DNA of 64,000 nt, from IMG/VR virus record IMGVR_UViG_3300042446_001732, positions 34,314-98,313 of that record; one strand, given 5' to 3'. This document shows, in pieces, positions 28,060 through 37,825 of the stretch (position 1 is its first letter; each line of letters opens with the position of its first letter). The translations under genes and the position numbers were made by a program. The DNA is from a virus. The notes under the pieces were generated by a model. That model was not told where the DNA came from and did not search any database. It saw only the letters and a list, made by a program, of their open reading frames with translations.

Positions 28060-29052
28060 ATGGCATCCTTAGCAGAAATTCGTGCCCGTTTACAGGCATC
28101 AGAGAACAAAGGTTCTAACAACACAGGCGGTGGCGACAAGTCAATTTACCCGCACTGGAACATGGAAGAAGGCCAAGCAGCCACACTACGCTTCCTCCCC
28201 GACGGCAACAGCAAAAACACATTCTTTTGGGCAGAACGAGCAATGATTCGACTGCCATTCAATGGTGTCAAAGGCGAGATGGATTCAAAACAAGTCATGG
28301 TTCAGGTACCATGCGTTGAGATGTGGGGCGATGCTTGCCCAATCCTAGCAGAAGTACGCACCTGGTTCAAGGACAAGAGTCTGGAAGACATGGGTCGCAA
28401 GTACTGGAAAAAGCGCAGCTACATCATGCAGGGTTTTGTGCGTGAAAACCCCATTGGTGACGACAAAACTCCGGACAATCCTATTCGCAAGTTTATCATT
28501 GGCCCTCAGTTGTTTACCCTGATCAAGAGCGCACTGATGGACCCAGAACTGGAAGAATTGCCAACTGACACCTTGCGTGGCCTGGACTTCCGCATTGCCA
28601 AGACCCAAAAGGGTGGTTACGCAGACTACAACACCAGCAAATGGGCTCGCAAAGAATCGGCCTTGACTGAAACTGAGCAAGCAGCCGTCGATGCACACGG
28701 CTTGTTTGACTTGAGCACATTCTTGCCCAAGAAACCTGGCGATGTTGAGCTCCGAGTAATCAAGGAAATGTTTGAAGCAAGTGTAGACGGTCAGCCCTAC
28801 GACACAGAGCGTTGGGGTCAGTATTTCCGTCCTGCTGGTGTTAATGCACCCAGTGGCGCTGCTGCCAACAACGACGACGCAGAAGCAGCACCTGCTGCTC
28901 GCACTACGCCTGCGGCAAAACCTGCTGCATCTAGCCCTGCCTGGGAAGATGACGCAGCAGAAGCAGCAGCTTCCTTGGTCACTAAACCAGCTGGCGGCAA
29001 TCAAAAGGCCGAAGACATCCTTGCGATGATTCGCGCACGTCAAGCCAAATAA
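28060..29052 (+). CDS. gp32: Single-stranded DNA-binding protein
   Basis: LRFLPD, CP+, KYWKKRSY, G.DF.I.K...GY..Y..S; low-complexity acidic tail; precedes uvsX. Confidence 0.85.
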   Translation: MASLAEIRARLQASENKGSNNTGGGDKSIYPHWNMEEGQAATLRFLPDGNSKNTFFWAERAMIRLPFNGVKGEMDSKQVMVQVPCVEMWGDACPILAEVRTWFKDKSLEDMGRKYWKKRSYIMQGFVRENPIGDDKTPDNPIRKFIIGPQLFTLIKSALMDPELEELPTDTLRGLDFRIAKTQKGGYADYNTSKWARKESALTETEQAAVDAHGLFDLSTFLPKKPGDVELRVIKEMFEASVDGQPYDTERWGQYFRPAGVNAPSGAAANNDDAEAAPAARTTPAAKPAASSPAWEDDAAEAAASLVTKPAGGNQKAEDILAMIRARQAK

Positions 29053-29068
29053 GTCAAGCAACTTAACT

Positions 29069-29100
29069 ACACTGGGGCTATGGTCCCAGTGTTTCTATTT
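29069..29100 (+). terminator. Intrinsic terminator / attenuator after gp32
   Basis: ACACTGGG...CCCAGTGT stem with T-rich tail. Confidence 0.65.
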
Positions 29101-29113
29101 CTATAGGTGATAC

Positions 29114-30178
29114 ATGGGAAAACCATTTGATATAAGCAAGTTCCGCAAGGAAATCACTAAGAGCATTGACGGCCTTAGTATCGGATTCAACGATCCAACT
29201 GACTGGGTTGGCACAGGTAACTATGCCTTGAACTATCTGATCTCAGGAGACTTCAACCGTGGTATTCCACTGGGCAAGGTCACTGTGTTTGCCGGAGACT
29301 CGGGCGCAGGCAAAAGCTACATTTGTTCAGGAAACATTGTGAAGAACGCACAAGAGCAAGGTATCTTTGTGGTCTTGGTTGACAGTGAAAACGCACTGGA
29401 CGAAGCCTGGCTGCAAGCACTTGGTGTAGACACCTCAGAAAGCAAGTTGCTCAAACTGAGTATGGCCATGATCGATGACGTGGCCAAGACCATTGCTACA
29501 TTCATGAGCGACTACAAGGCCTTGCCTGATGGTGAACGGCCTAAGGTAATGTTTGTGATTGACAGTTTGGGCATGTTGTTGACACCCACTGATGTGAATC
29601 AGTTTGAAGCAGGTGAAATGAAGGGCGACCTGGGTCGTAAACCCAAAGCACTTACCAGCTTGGTTCGAAACTGTGTCAACATGTTTGGCAGCTACAACGT
29701 TGGCATGGTTTGTACCAACCACACCTACGCCAGTCAAGACATGTTTGACCCCGATGACAAGATCTCCGGTGGTCAAGGCTTTATCTATGCTAGCAGTATC
29801 GTGGTTGCCATGAAAAAACTCAAGCTCAAAGAAGACGAAGACGGCAACAAAGTTTCTGAAGTCAACGGTATTCGTGCTGCTTGCAAGATCATGAAAACAC
29901 GATATGCTAAGCCGTTTGAAGGTGTGCAGGTCAAGATTCCTTACACAACAGGCATGAGCCCTTATTCGGGCCTTACTGATCTCATTGAGAAAAAAGGCCT
30001 ACTCAAGCGTGAAGGCAACAGCCTGGTGTTTACCACCAGCGACGGTGAAATTATCAAGAAGTTTCGCAAGGCCTGGGAAGCCAATACTGATGGTTGTTTG
30101 GATGTGGTCATGAAAGACTTTGCCAATCAAAAGAGCGAGGTAAGTACACCTGACATTGAACAGGAGGAAAACCAATGA
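29114..30178 (+). CDS. uvsX: RecA-like recombinase UvsX
   Basis: GDSGAGKS, DSENA, IDSLG, NHTY, SGG.G..YASS. Confidence 0.92.
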   Translation: MGKPFDISKFRKEITKSIDGLSIGFNDPTDWVGTGNYALNYLISGDFNRGIPLGKVTVFAGDSGAGKSYICSGNIVKNAQEQGIFVVLVDSENALDEAWLQALGVDTSESKLLKLSMAMIDDVAKTIATFMSDYKALPDGERPKVMFVIDSLGMLLTPTDVNQFEAGEMKGDLGRKPKALTSLVRNCVNMFGSYNVGMVCTNHTYASQDMFDPDDKISGGQGFIYASSIVVAMKKLKLKEDEDGNKVSEVNGIRAACKIMKTRYAKPFEGVQVKIPYTTGMSPYSGLTDLIEKKGLLKREGNSLVFTTSDGEIIKKFRKAWEANTDGCLDVVMKDFANQKSEVSTPDIEQEENQ

Positions 30179-30441
30179 TCGAATCAGTAGCCAGCGAAAT
30201 GTGGGGCGAACTCAAACGCTATGTTAACACTGTGGACCGAGCCGAAGCAGCAGAAACTGTACTAAGCATTCTCATTGACAATGACTGCACTGTGGATGAT
30301 ATCAAAGATGCCTTCAAGGGCGACAGCGATATCAAACGTGCGCTCACAGCCTATCTTGACAACGATAAAAGTTATGAAGATGATGACGAAGTTGAAGACG
30401 AAGACACTGACGAATCTGAAGACGACAAGTGGGAAAATTAA
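30175..30441 (+). CDS. Small acidic hypothetical protein
   Basis: GGAGG RBS; lies between uvsX and uvsY. Confidence 0.75.
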   Translation: MIESVASEMWGELKRYVNTVDRAEAAETVLSILIDNDCTVDDIKDAFKGDSDIKRALTAYLDNDKSYEDDDEVEDEDTDESEDDKWEN

Positions 30442-30894
30442 ATGTGGTATAATCGGGTAGTTGCAGACTTATCACTGATACCTGACTTTATAACTCATTA
30501 CGAATCAGAAATAATCTCAGCCAAACGAGATTGTATTATTGCTGGAGTAGTAGAACGTAATCTCAAAGAGTTGCCGGGCACAACTGAACAGCGATTTTAT
30601 CAGTTGCAGGAAATTGAGGCAGTATTAAACTATCTCAATATCCAGCTGCGCAAGATACGTAGGAAACATTTTCAGAAATACCTAGAAAATTATCCCAGAG
30701 CGCTGACCAGCAGAGACGCCGAAAAGTATGTGGATGGTGAGGACGAAGTCATTGACTACGAAACCATTATCAACGAAGTGGCATTTCTGCGCAATCGTTG
30801 GCTGGGTATCATGAAGGGTCTGGAAACCAAGCAGTGGCAAATGGGACACATTGTAAAACTCAGAACTGCTGGCATGGAAGATATTTCAGTCTAA
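30442..30894 (+). CDS. uvsY: Recombination mediator UvsY
   Basis: Helical 150-aa protein with 'AEKYVDGEDEV' and terminal 'KLRTAG', next to uvsX. Confidence 0.75.
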   Translation: MWYNRVVADLSLIPDFITHYESEIISAKRDCIIAGVVERNLKELPGTTEQRFYQLQEIEAVLNYLNIQLRKIRRKHFQKYLENYPRALTSRDAEKYVDGEDEVIDYETIINEVAFLRNRWLGIMKGLETKQWQMGHIVKLRTAGMEDISV

Positions 30895-30918
30895 CACTTG
30901 GCCACTGTAAATACCAGT

Positions 30919-31677
30919 ATGAAAATTGTATTAGTAACTGGGGGTTTTGACCCTGTGCATTCTGGACACATTGCTTATTTTAGTGCTGCTAGAGAACTAG
31001 GTGACAAGCTGTATGTTGGCCTCAACAGTGACGCTTGGTTGCGCCGCAAAAAAGGGTCAGCATTCATGCCTTGGTCTGAACGTGCTGCTGTTGTGGCAGC
31101 CATGCATGTGGTTGATCGAGTAATTGAATTTGATGACAGTGACGGATCAAGTTGTGCTGCAATTGAAGCAGTAAAACTACTGCATCCAGGTCATGAAATT
31201 GTCTTTGCCAATGGTGGCGATCGTACACAAGATAATATTCCTGAAATGACTGTGCCCAACGTGGAGTTTGTGTTTGGGGTTGGCGGCCAAGACAAAAAGA
31301 ACAGCAGCAGCTGGATCTTGCAAGAATGGAAGGCTCCTAAAACCAGCCGGGCCTGGGGATATTATCGTGTGCTGCACGAAGTAGGTGCCAACACCAAACT
31401 CAAAGAGCTCACGGTCATGCCCAAGACCTGTTTGAGCATGCAACGTCATGATCTACGACAAGAGTTTTGGTTTGTGGCTCAAGGCACTGCCACAGTGTAT
31501 ACACTGGATGAAAACAGCACAGATCAAGATGTCAAGTGCTATCTAGATGTGCATGAACATACCTTTATTGAATGCCGTGAATGGCATCAGCTGTGCAACG
31601 AAACTGATCAACCACTAAAACTGATTGAGATTCAGTATGGCCAAGATTGTGTAGAAGAGGACATTGAACGTCAATGA
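30919..31677 (+). CDS. Cytidylyltransferase (HxGH) fused to type-II mannose-6-phosphate-isomerase-like cupin
   Basis: TGGFDPVHSGH, GLNSD, FANGGDR, SSS; cupin RAWG.Y..LSMQRH..E.W...IEIQYG..EEDIER. Confidence 0.85.
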   Translation: MKIVLVTGGFDPVHSGHIAYFSAARELGDKLYVGLNSDAWLRRKKGSAFMPWSERAAVVAAMHVVDRVIEFDDSDGSSCAAIEAVKLLHPGHEIVFANGGDRTQDNIPEMTVPNVEFVFGVGGQDKKNSSSWILQEWKAPKTSRAWGYYRVLHEVGANTKLKELTVMPKTCLSMQRHDLRQEFWFVAQGTATVYTLDENSTDQDVKCYLDVHEHTFIECREWHQLCNETDQPLKLIEIQYGQDCVEEDIERQ

Positions 31678-32354
31678 AACCAATTCCTGTATTTGTGGGC
31701 TACGACCCTAGAGAAGCTGTTGCATACCATACTTGTGTAAACAGTATCATACGCAACAGTTCGCAACCGGTTGCTATTGTGCCTGTTGCACTAAATCTGT
31801 TTCGAGACTACGCAGAAACACACACAGACGGCTCAAACCATTTTATCTACACACGTTTTCTTGTGCCGCACTTGATGGAGTACACTGGTCATGCTATCTT
31901 TATAGATGGTGACATGATTGTGCGTGGAGACATTGCGGAACTTTGGAACTTGCGAGATGTGTACAAAGATGTACAAGTGGTCAAACATGACTACAAAACT
32001 CGCATGCCTGTAAAATACCTAGGAGCACGAAATGAAGACTATCCTCGAAAAAATTGGAGTAGTGTTATTTTGTGGAATTGTAATAGCTTTCCTAACCGGC
32101 GACTTACTCCCGAGTTTGTCCAACACAGCACCGGCAGTGAGCTCCACCGCTTCTCGTGGATAGAAGACGATCGTATTGGCTCACTACCGCCCGAATGGAA
32201 CTGGTTGCCTGATGAATACGGGCCAAATGCCGATGCCAAGTTACTGCACTACACACTTGGCACACCATGCTTTCACGAATTTGCTACCACTCCACAAGGT
32301 GATGAATGGCACAGAGAACACATGCTAGCAGATTATTGTCTGCAGAGAGTTTGA
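31674..32354 (+). CDS. GT-A glycosyltransferase (GT8-like)
   Basis: FVGYDPRE, FIDGD, YPRKNWSS, EWNWL, LHYT.G.P. Confidence 0.8.
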   Translation: MKPIPVFVGYDPREAVAYHTCVNSIIRNSSQPVAIVPVALNLFRDYAETHTDGSNHFIYTRFLVPHLMEYTGHAIFIDGDMIVRGDIAELWNLRDVYKDVQVVKHDYKTRMPVKYLGARNEDYPRKNWSSVILWNCNSFPNRRLTPEFVQHSTGSELHRFSWIEDDRIGSLPPEWNWLPDEYGPNADAKLLHYTLGTPCFHEFATTPQGDEWHREHMLADYCLQRV

Positions 32355-32357
32355 TAA

Positions 32358-33464
32358 ATGATTTTACCAACAGCACTGGTCGACCGTTGGCCAGCCCTAG
32401 AATATGAGCAACAACACAAGACAATTGAGTCAGCGTTGAAGCACAGCATATCTGACTTGTTGAATTTTTACAAAGAAGTAAAAGTTCTAAAAAGTATTGA
32501 AAAACAATGGGGCAACGGCGGAAATATCCCTGAAGAACTGCTGACAAAAGAAATTCGAAACTTTATAAAACGTTACTCAGACGCCACAATCACTGATGAA
32601 TTCATTCAATATGTGGTTAGACAGGATCAACGTTTTGATCGTTGTTTAAAGTACACTGATTATCCTGCCATGATCATGGCTGCATATCCTGAAAGTCGAT
32701 TCTACAGCAAATCCAGATTCAAAGCTGAAGCAGATGAGATCTGCCAGCAACCAGTTTTGTTGCGCGGCATTTCATCAGGCAAAATCATTGACGAAGTTCA
32801 ACGTCGGGGTCAAGATTACTATTTTATTGAAACAGGATATCTAGGCAACTATCGTTGTGACAACAATTTGACTGGTCGCAAAATCTACCATCGCATTGTA
32901 AAAAATAGTATGCAACACAACACCATCATGGATGTGCCTGATGATCGTTGGAATGACCTGGTCAAATTCAACCCAAAATTGCAGTATCGAGGATGGAAAA
33001 ATTCAGGCTCTAAAATCTTGCTGGTGCTGTCTACAGAAAAGCCGTTTCAGTACTACAAAGAAGATCGAGACCAGTGGATAAAAAACGTTATAGACACACT
33101 GAAACAGCACACCGATCGTGAAATTGTCATTAGAGAAAAAGCCAGCAGAGGTGAGCGCACCAATGACACTATATACGATGCACTTGATGACGACATTTAT
33201 GCGTTGGTTACTTACAACAGCATTGCCGCAGTTGAAGCCATACAACATGGCATCCCGGCATTTGCGTTGGCTCCCACAGCAGCAGACCCGGTGGGAAACA
33301 AAGATTTGTCACTGATTGAAAGTCCCAACAAGCCATCAGAAGACATAATACAAAAGTGGTTAAACAGCATAGCCTATAGCCAGTTTAGTTTGGGTGAGAT
33401 TATTGCAGGCGATGCCTGGGGAATGGTATTAGAAAATGCACAACGGTCGACCCTTAATTATTAA
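32358..33464 (+). CDS. Capsule-polysaccharide (KpsS/KpsC-like) GT-B protein
   Basis: YYFIETGY, VTYNSIAAVEAI..GIP. Confidence 0.55.
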   Translation: MILPTALVDRWPALEYEQQHKTIESALKHSISDLLNFYKEVKVLKSIEKQWGNGGNIPEELLTKEIRNFIKRYSDATITDEFIQYVVRQDQRFDRCLKYTDYPAMIMAAYPESRFYSKSRFKAEADEICQQPVLLRGISSGKIIDEVQRRGQDYYFIETGYLGNYRCDNNLTGRKIYHRIVKNSMQHNTIMDVPDDRWNDLVKFNPKLQYRGWKNSGSKILLVLSTEKPFQYYKEDRDQWIKNVIDTLKQHTDREIVIREKASRGERTNDTIYDALDDDIYALVTYNSIAAVEAIQHGIPAFALAPTAADPVGNKDLSLIESPNKPSEDIIQKWLNSIAYSQFSLGEIIAGDAWGMVLENAQRSTLNY

Positions 33465-34392
33465 AAGCTACTTGAGTAGCCTGCCAGCCAGAATCAATGG
33501 CCAAGAAAAAATTGATGCACTGACATATTTTGCTGAAGGCGCAGCCCGCTGCGGAGACTCAGCCGTGACCACACACAGTCAGCAATACGAACAGTGTGAT
33601 GTTGGAGCCATCATTGGCAATGCATTTGATGCCAATCCAGGCAAGGTAAATCTACCACATTACAAAGTTCGCAAGATGGTAATGGAAAAGCAGGCACAGC
33701 TGGGCAAATATTGGCTCAGCATTGACAGCAATGTGTTCATCTACAAAAACAGCTTGAATCCACACAAGTATCTGCGTTATAGTTTCAACGGTGTGTTCCC
33801 TGCAACAGGAATTTACTGCAATGACAACCCTGGCGACGAAAACTGGAACAACATACGCCGCGATTACAACATGGATCTAAAGCCTTGGAGGACTCAAGGC
33901 AATCACATTCTTATTACGCTGCAACGTCCCATGGGCTGGAGCATGCGAGGCGTTGATCTCATGAGCTGGCTCAAACAAACCCTTAGACAAATCAGAGAAA
34001 ACTCAGATCGTCCTATATTGATGCGCTGGCACCCTGGTGATTGGAAAGCATTTCCCAAATACAGCAGCACTCTAAACAAGTTTGGTGTTACACTGAGCCC
34101 ACAGGACAGACACATCACACAAGATCTAGTGAATTGCTGGGCAGTGGTTTGTCACAACTCAACTCCCAGTGCTGTGGCACCCATCGAAGGCATTCCTGCG
34201 TTTATCACAGATGATCCCAGTTATAGTCAAGGCGGCGATATTGCCAACACTGACTTTACTCAACTTGAGAACCCCAACTTGCCAGACAGAGAACAATGGA
34301 TTCGCAAGTTGGCACAGTGCCACTGGAGCTTTGAAGATGTGCGATCAGGCCGCTGCTGGGCTCACATGAGAAACTACGTCAAACTCTCTTAA
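33436..34392 (+). CDS. Capsule-polysaccharide (KpsS/KpsC-like) GT-B protein
   Basis: ILITLQ, MRWHP, HNS...A..EGIP, QCHWS..D...G. Confidence 0.55.
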   Translation: MHNGRPLIIKSYLSSLPARINGQEKIDALTYFAEGAARCGDSAVTTHSQQYEQCDVGAIIGNAFDANPGKVNLPHYKVRKMVMEKQAQLGKYWLSIDSNVFIYKNSLNPHKYLRYSFNGVFPATGIYCNDNPGDENWNNIRRDYNMDLKPWRTQGNHILITLQRPMGWSMRGVDLMSWLKQTLRQIRENSDRPILMRWHPGDWKAFPKYSSTLNKFGVTLSPQDRHITQDLVNCWAVVCHNSTPSAVAPIEGIPAFITDDPSYSQGGDIANTDFTQLENPNLPDREQWIRKLAQCHWSFEDVRSGRCWAHMRNYVKLS

Positions 34393-35175
34393 CTGTTTCA
34401 ACTGTTGATCATAGTCAGGAATACCAAAATCAAATTCCTGACGTGTGTCAACCAGCACCTTGTTGATATCTTTAGGCCCTTGTGTGGGCACAATGGTTTG
34501 GTTCAGTTGATAAATTTCGTTGATCTTGCACAGCAAATTGTATTTGTTGATGCGATTGTGATTGCTTACCAAATGATACACACCTGATATCTTGGGATCA
34601 CGCATGTAGAGATCAATACAACGTGCCAGCTCTAGTGTGGTAATACCATTCCACCAAGCATTAGTCCAACCTGGCAGTCTTAATCCGGTATTGCTCACTG
34701 CCCAGTGCAACAGTCCTGTTCCGTTTTTGAGTTCAGGACCAATAATACTCATTCTGAATGTGATGTCTTTGGTGTTGTTTACTTCACCAAAACTCTTGCT
34801 GCGACCATAAGCGTTTGTTTCAGTATGGGGGTCAGTTTCAGCATAATCGCCCTTGGCTCCATCGAACACACAGTCAGTGCTGAGATGAATCAATCGTGTC
34901 GAGGTATTCTGCAAACGATGTTCAATATAATGCGGCAACCAACTGTTGATCAACACAGCTTGGTCAGGCCTATCCGCACAGGGTCGAACCAGTAAGCCAA
35001 TGCAGTTGACCACAAAGTCAGTGTCGAGACTGTCAAAAAACTCAGACACTTGCGCAGTGTTCCCAACATCAAGTTCTGCTCTGGTCACAGCAGTCACAGC
35101 ATGTCCTTGCTGCTTTAAATATTTGACCACAACATGCCCGGCCATGCCCGCAGCACCTAAAACTGTTACTCGCAT
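34345..35175 (-). CDS. RmlD-like NDP-4-keto-6-deoxysugar reductase (QnlA/WbvR-type)
   Basis: GAAGMAG, VNCIG, HLSTDCVFDG, YGRSK. Confidence 0.85.
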   Translation of the reverse strand: MRVTVLGAAGMAGHVVVKYLKQQGHAVTAVTRAELDVGNTAQVSEFFDSLDTDFVVNCIGLLVRPCADRPDQAVLINSWLPHYIEHRLQNTSTRLIHLSTDCVFDGAKGDYAETDPHTETNAYGRSKSFGEVNNTKDITFRMSIIGPELKNGTGLLHWAVSNTGLRLPGWTNAWWNGITTLELARCIDLYMRDPKISGVYHLVSNHNRINKYNLLCKINEIYQLNQTIVPTQGPKDINKVLVDTRQEFDFGIPDYDQQLKQLREFDVVSHVSPAAA

Positions 35176-36152
35176 ATGAATCCACCTTTGATTAGCATTT
35201 GTTTGATTTCGTCACGGTTCATGATAAAAGTACGTGATGAAAATTCTTCCTGATCATACTCAGTCATGCTGGAATACTTTGATTCCAGCTCGGGTGTGCG
35301 CTTGACTGGCAATATCACAAAGTAATTTTTGTCGTAGTAGTAGCTCAAACAAGCTTCGTGCTTGCTGATCAGCATTTCGTCCAATTTTTCTCCGGGCTTG
35401 CTGCCAATCTCTTTGACTTCCACCTGTCCGTAGTGTTCCATGAGAACGCTGGCAATGTCTTTGATGTAGCAGGCCGGCATGTTCATTACAAAAGTTTCGC
35501 CGCCAATGGAATCTTCAGCTGCTTTGAACAATAGAGCAATGGCTTCTTCCAGGGTCAAAAAGAAACGAGTCATTTCAAGATCTGTGATAGTAACAGGACC
35601 ACCTGCTCGAATCTGCTCAACAAAGTAGGGAATGACACTGCCATTAGAACCCATGACATTACCGCCACGCACACAAACAAACTTGGTATGCGGGGTCAAG
35701 TCGTTGCCTTGGATAATCAGCTTTTCGCCCACAGCTTTGGTCATGCCATACAGGTTGAGTGGTTCAACTGCTTTGTCTGTGGAAACATCAATCACTTTGG
35801 CCACACCGTTTTCGATAGCAGCGTTTACAATGTTTGTTGTTCCTGTGATGTTTGTTTTGATTGCTTCTTGTGGATGATCTTCACAGATGGGCACATGTTT
35901 TAGCGCAGCCAAGTGAAACACAATGTCTGCGCCTTTCATGGCAAAACTCACAGCTTGGTAGTCACGCACGTCACCAACCACAAACTTTAGTCTGGGATCT
36001 TGGAATCGGCGTTGCATCAGCACCTGTTGCAGCTCTCCTCGACTGAAGCAAATGATCTCTCGGGGAGAATAGTTGGCCAGCAACATTCTGGTCAGGGTTT
36101 GTCCCCATGAGCCTGTTGCGCCTGATATGAATATTGTTTTTCCGTTAAACAT
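35166..36152 (-). CDS. UDP-GlcNAc 4,6-dehydratase/5-epimerase (FnlA/WbjB/PseB family)
   Basis: GATGSWG, HLAALKHVP, STDKA, YGMTK, RGGNVMGSNGSVIP, MTRF, GEKL.E. Confidence 0.9.
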   Translation of the reverse strand: MFNGKTIFISGATGSWGQTLTRMLLANYSPREIICFSRGELQQVLMQRRFQDPRLKFVVGDVRDYQAVSFAMKGADIVFHLAALKHVPICEDHPQEAIKTNITGTTNIVNAAIENGVAKVIDVSTDKAVEPLNLYGMTKAVGEKLIIQGNDLTPHTKFVCVRGGNVMGSNGSVIPYFVEQIRAGGPVTITDLEMTRFFLTLEEAIALLFKAAEDSIGGETFVMNMPACYIKDIASVLMEHYGQVEVKEIGSKPGEKLDEMLISKHEACLSYYYDKNYFVILPVKRTPELESKYSSMTEYDQEEFSSRTFIMNRDEIKQMLIKGGFICE

Positions 36153-36762
36153 TACTGTCTTTCTTAATATGTAACACAGTTAGGCCGTGTATCTTTCTAT
36201 GTTTTGGTACACGATTTGTCCTGGATATTTCGCATGTGCCACCTAGTTCTTGTACTAATTCTGACATAAATTTATCACTACGACAAAGATGCCCAGCGGT
36301 AGCTGATGCTGGCTCAAAATCTACACCGTCGTCATCAATTTCGTCAGCCCAGACATATTCGACTGCAAATATGCCTGTAGTTTTTAAACTGCGAATAGCA
36401 TTTGCAAGCTCTATTTTTAATGGAACAGTCGGTACATGTTGCACTACGTTATGACAAATGATTAGATCGAAGTAGTCACTAGGTAACGTATCTACTTCGT
36501 CGATGTGATATACCTTTTTGCATATGGGTCTGACACGATCTAGTGCTGCTTGACTAATATCTAAAACGCTAATGTTAACTACCTCAGAGAAACCTTTAGT
36601 AACATATCCTAGCCCGCATCCTATTTCTAATACATGCATGCCTGGCGCTATAAATTCTTTTACATTTAAAAAATCTACTGTTTCGGTGTAGGCACAACCA
36701 GACAGTGTTCTTACATTACTGGCTGCGTGTTGTTGTTCCCAAAAATTTTGATTATGATCCAT
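36145..36762 (-). CDS. Class I SAM-dependent methyltransferase
   Basis: VLEIGCGLG, LDIS, FDLI..NVVQH. Confidence 0.85.
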   Translation of the reverse strand: MDHNQNFWEQQHAASNVRTLSGCAYTETVDFLNVKEFIAPGMHVLEIGCGLGYVTKGFSEVVNISVLDISQAALDRVRPICKKVYHIDEVDTLPSDYFDLIICHNVVQHVPTVPLKIELANAIRSLKTTGIFAVEYVWADEIDDDGVDFEPASATAGHLCRSDKFMSELVQELGGTCEISRTNRVPKHRKIHGLTVLHIKKDSNV

Positions 36763-37825
36763 GATTTCCTAACAAGATGTTTATCACTGTGTCGCTAACA
36801 TTGGTTCGCGCATATTCTGCAGGAATTGTCCAAGATCTATCACACATTTTCATAGCATTGAATCCTGCAACAATGTTGTTGGCGTCAAGCCCTGTTACAA
36901 TATTAGAGCCACACCATACAGTTTCAGGACGTTCAGTAGTTGATCGTATAGTTATAGTTGGTTTGTGAAACAAACACATTTCTTCTTGCACTGTGCCCGA
37001 ATCGCTGATGGCCATGTAACTGCGTTGTTCCAAGTTGACAAAATCAAAAAAGCCCATGGGTTCAGTTACAATGATACGATCACTCAGTTTTCTACCAGCC
37101 AGTCGTTGTTTTGTTTTTGGATGGCAACTGAACACAATAGGGTATTCCTGGCTGATGGTTTCAAGTGCCTGAACTATTTGGTCCAGGCGTTTGGGATCAT
37201 CTACATTTTCTGCTCGATGCAGGGTTGCAATAATGTATTGCCCTAGGGTCAAACCCAAGCGTGTCAGCACGTCACTTTTGGCAATGTCTGATCGATAGTG
37301 TTCCAGCACTTCTTTGATTGGGTTGCCAGTCACAAACACACGATTGTTTGCTGCGCCTTCTCGCAGTAGGTTCTGTCGACTGAGTTCTGTATACGGCAAA
37401 TTTACAGTGCTGATACTGTCTATCAAGCGACGATTCTTTTCTTCTGGCACCAGCATGTCGTAACAGCGGTTGCCTGCTTCCATGTGATACACAGGTATGC
37501 CCATGCGCTCACACACAATAGCACTCAAGCCAGAATTGGTATCGCCTAACACCAACACAGCGTCGGGCTTGAATTCTGACACATACTGTTCTACACCTGT
37601 CATGATAGCAGCCAGTTGCTGACCAATTGTGCCACGACTTTCCAGCACATGATCAGGTGCGCGAAGATTCAGCTGCTCAAAGAAAATGTCATTGAGTGTG
37701 GCATCGTAGTTTTGTCCAGTGTGCAACACTCTATGATCGCACACTTGATCCAACTTGGGCATGATCCTGCTCAAGCGAATGATTTCAGGACGTGTGCCCA
37801 GAATGGTCAATATCTTACGCTTCAT
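36752..37825 (-). CDS. Non-hydrolysing UDP-N-acetylhexosamine 2-epimerase (FnlC/WbjD/QnlB-type)
   Basis: GTRPEIIRLS, HTGQNYD, GDTNS, HMEAGNRC, PEE.NR, HRAENVD, SDSGTVQEE, TERPE; start moved to ATG 37825. Confidence 0.9.
   Translation of the reverse strand: MKRKILTILGTRPEIIRLSRIMPKLDQVCDHRVLHTGQNYDATLNDIFFEQLNLRAPDHVLESRGTIGQQLAAIMTGVEQYVSEFKPDAVLVLGDTNSGLSAIVCERMGIPVYHMEAGNRCYDMLVPEEKNRRLIDSISTVNLPYTELSRQNLLREGAANNRVFVTGNPIKEVLEHYRSDIAKSDVLTRLGLTLGQYIIATLHRAENVDDPKRLDQIVQALETISQEYPIVFSCHPKTKQRLAGRKLSDRIIVTEPMGFFDFVNLEQRSYMAISDSGTVQEEMCLFHKPTITIRSTTERPETVWCGSNIVTGLDANNIVAGFNAMKMCDRSWTIPAEYARTNVSDTVINILLGNHGS

Noticed and set aside
28345-29061. 238-aa antisense ORF over gp32, and the many other 60-190-aa shadow ORFs
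   Set aside because: They overlap well-supported genes on the opposite strand or in another frame, lack RBS/promoter and motifs, and are explained by codon bias.
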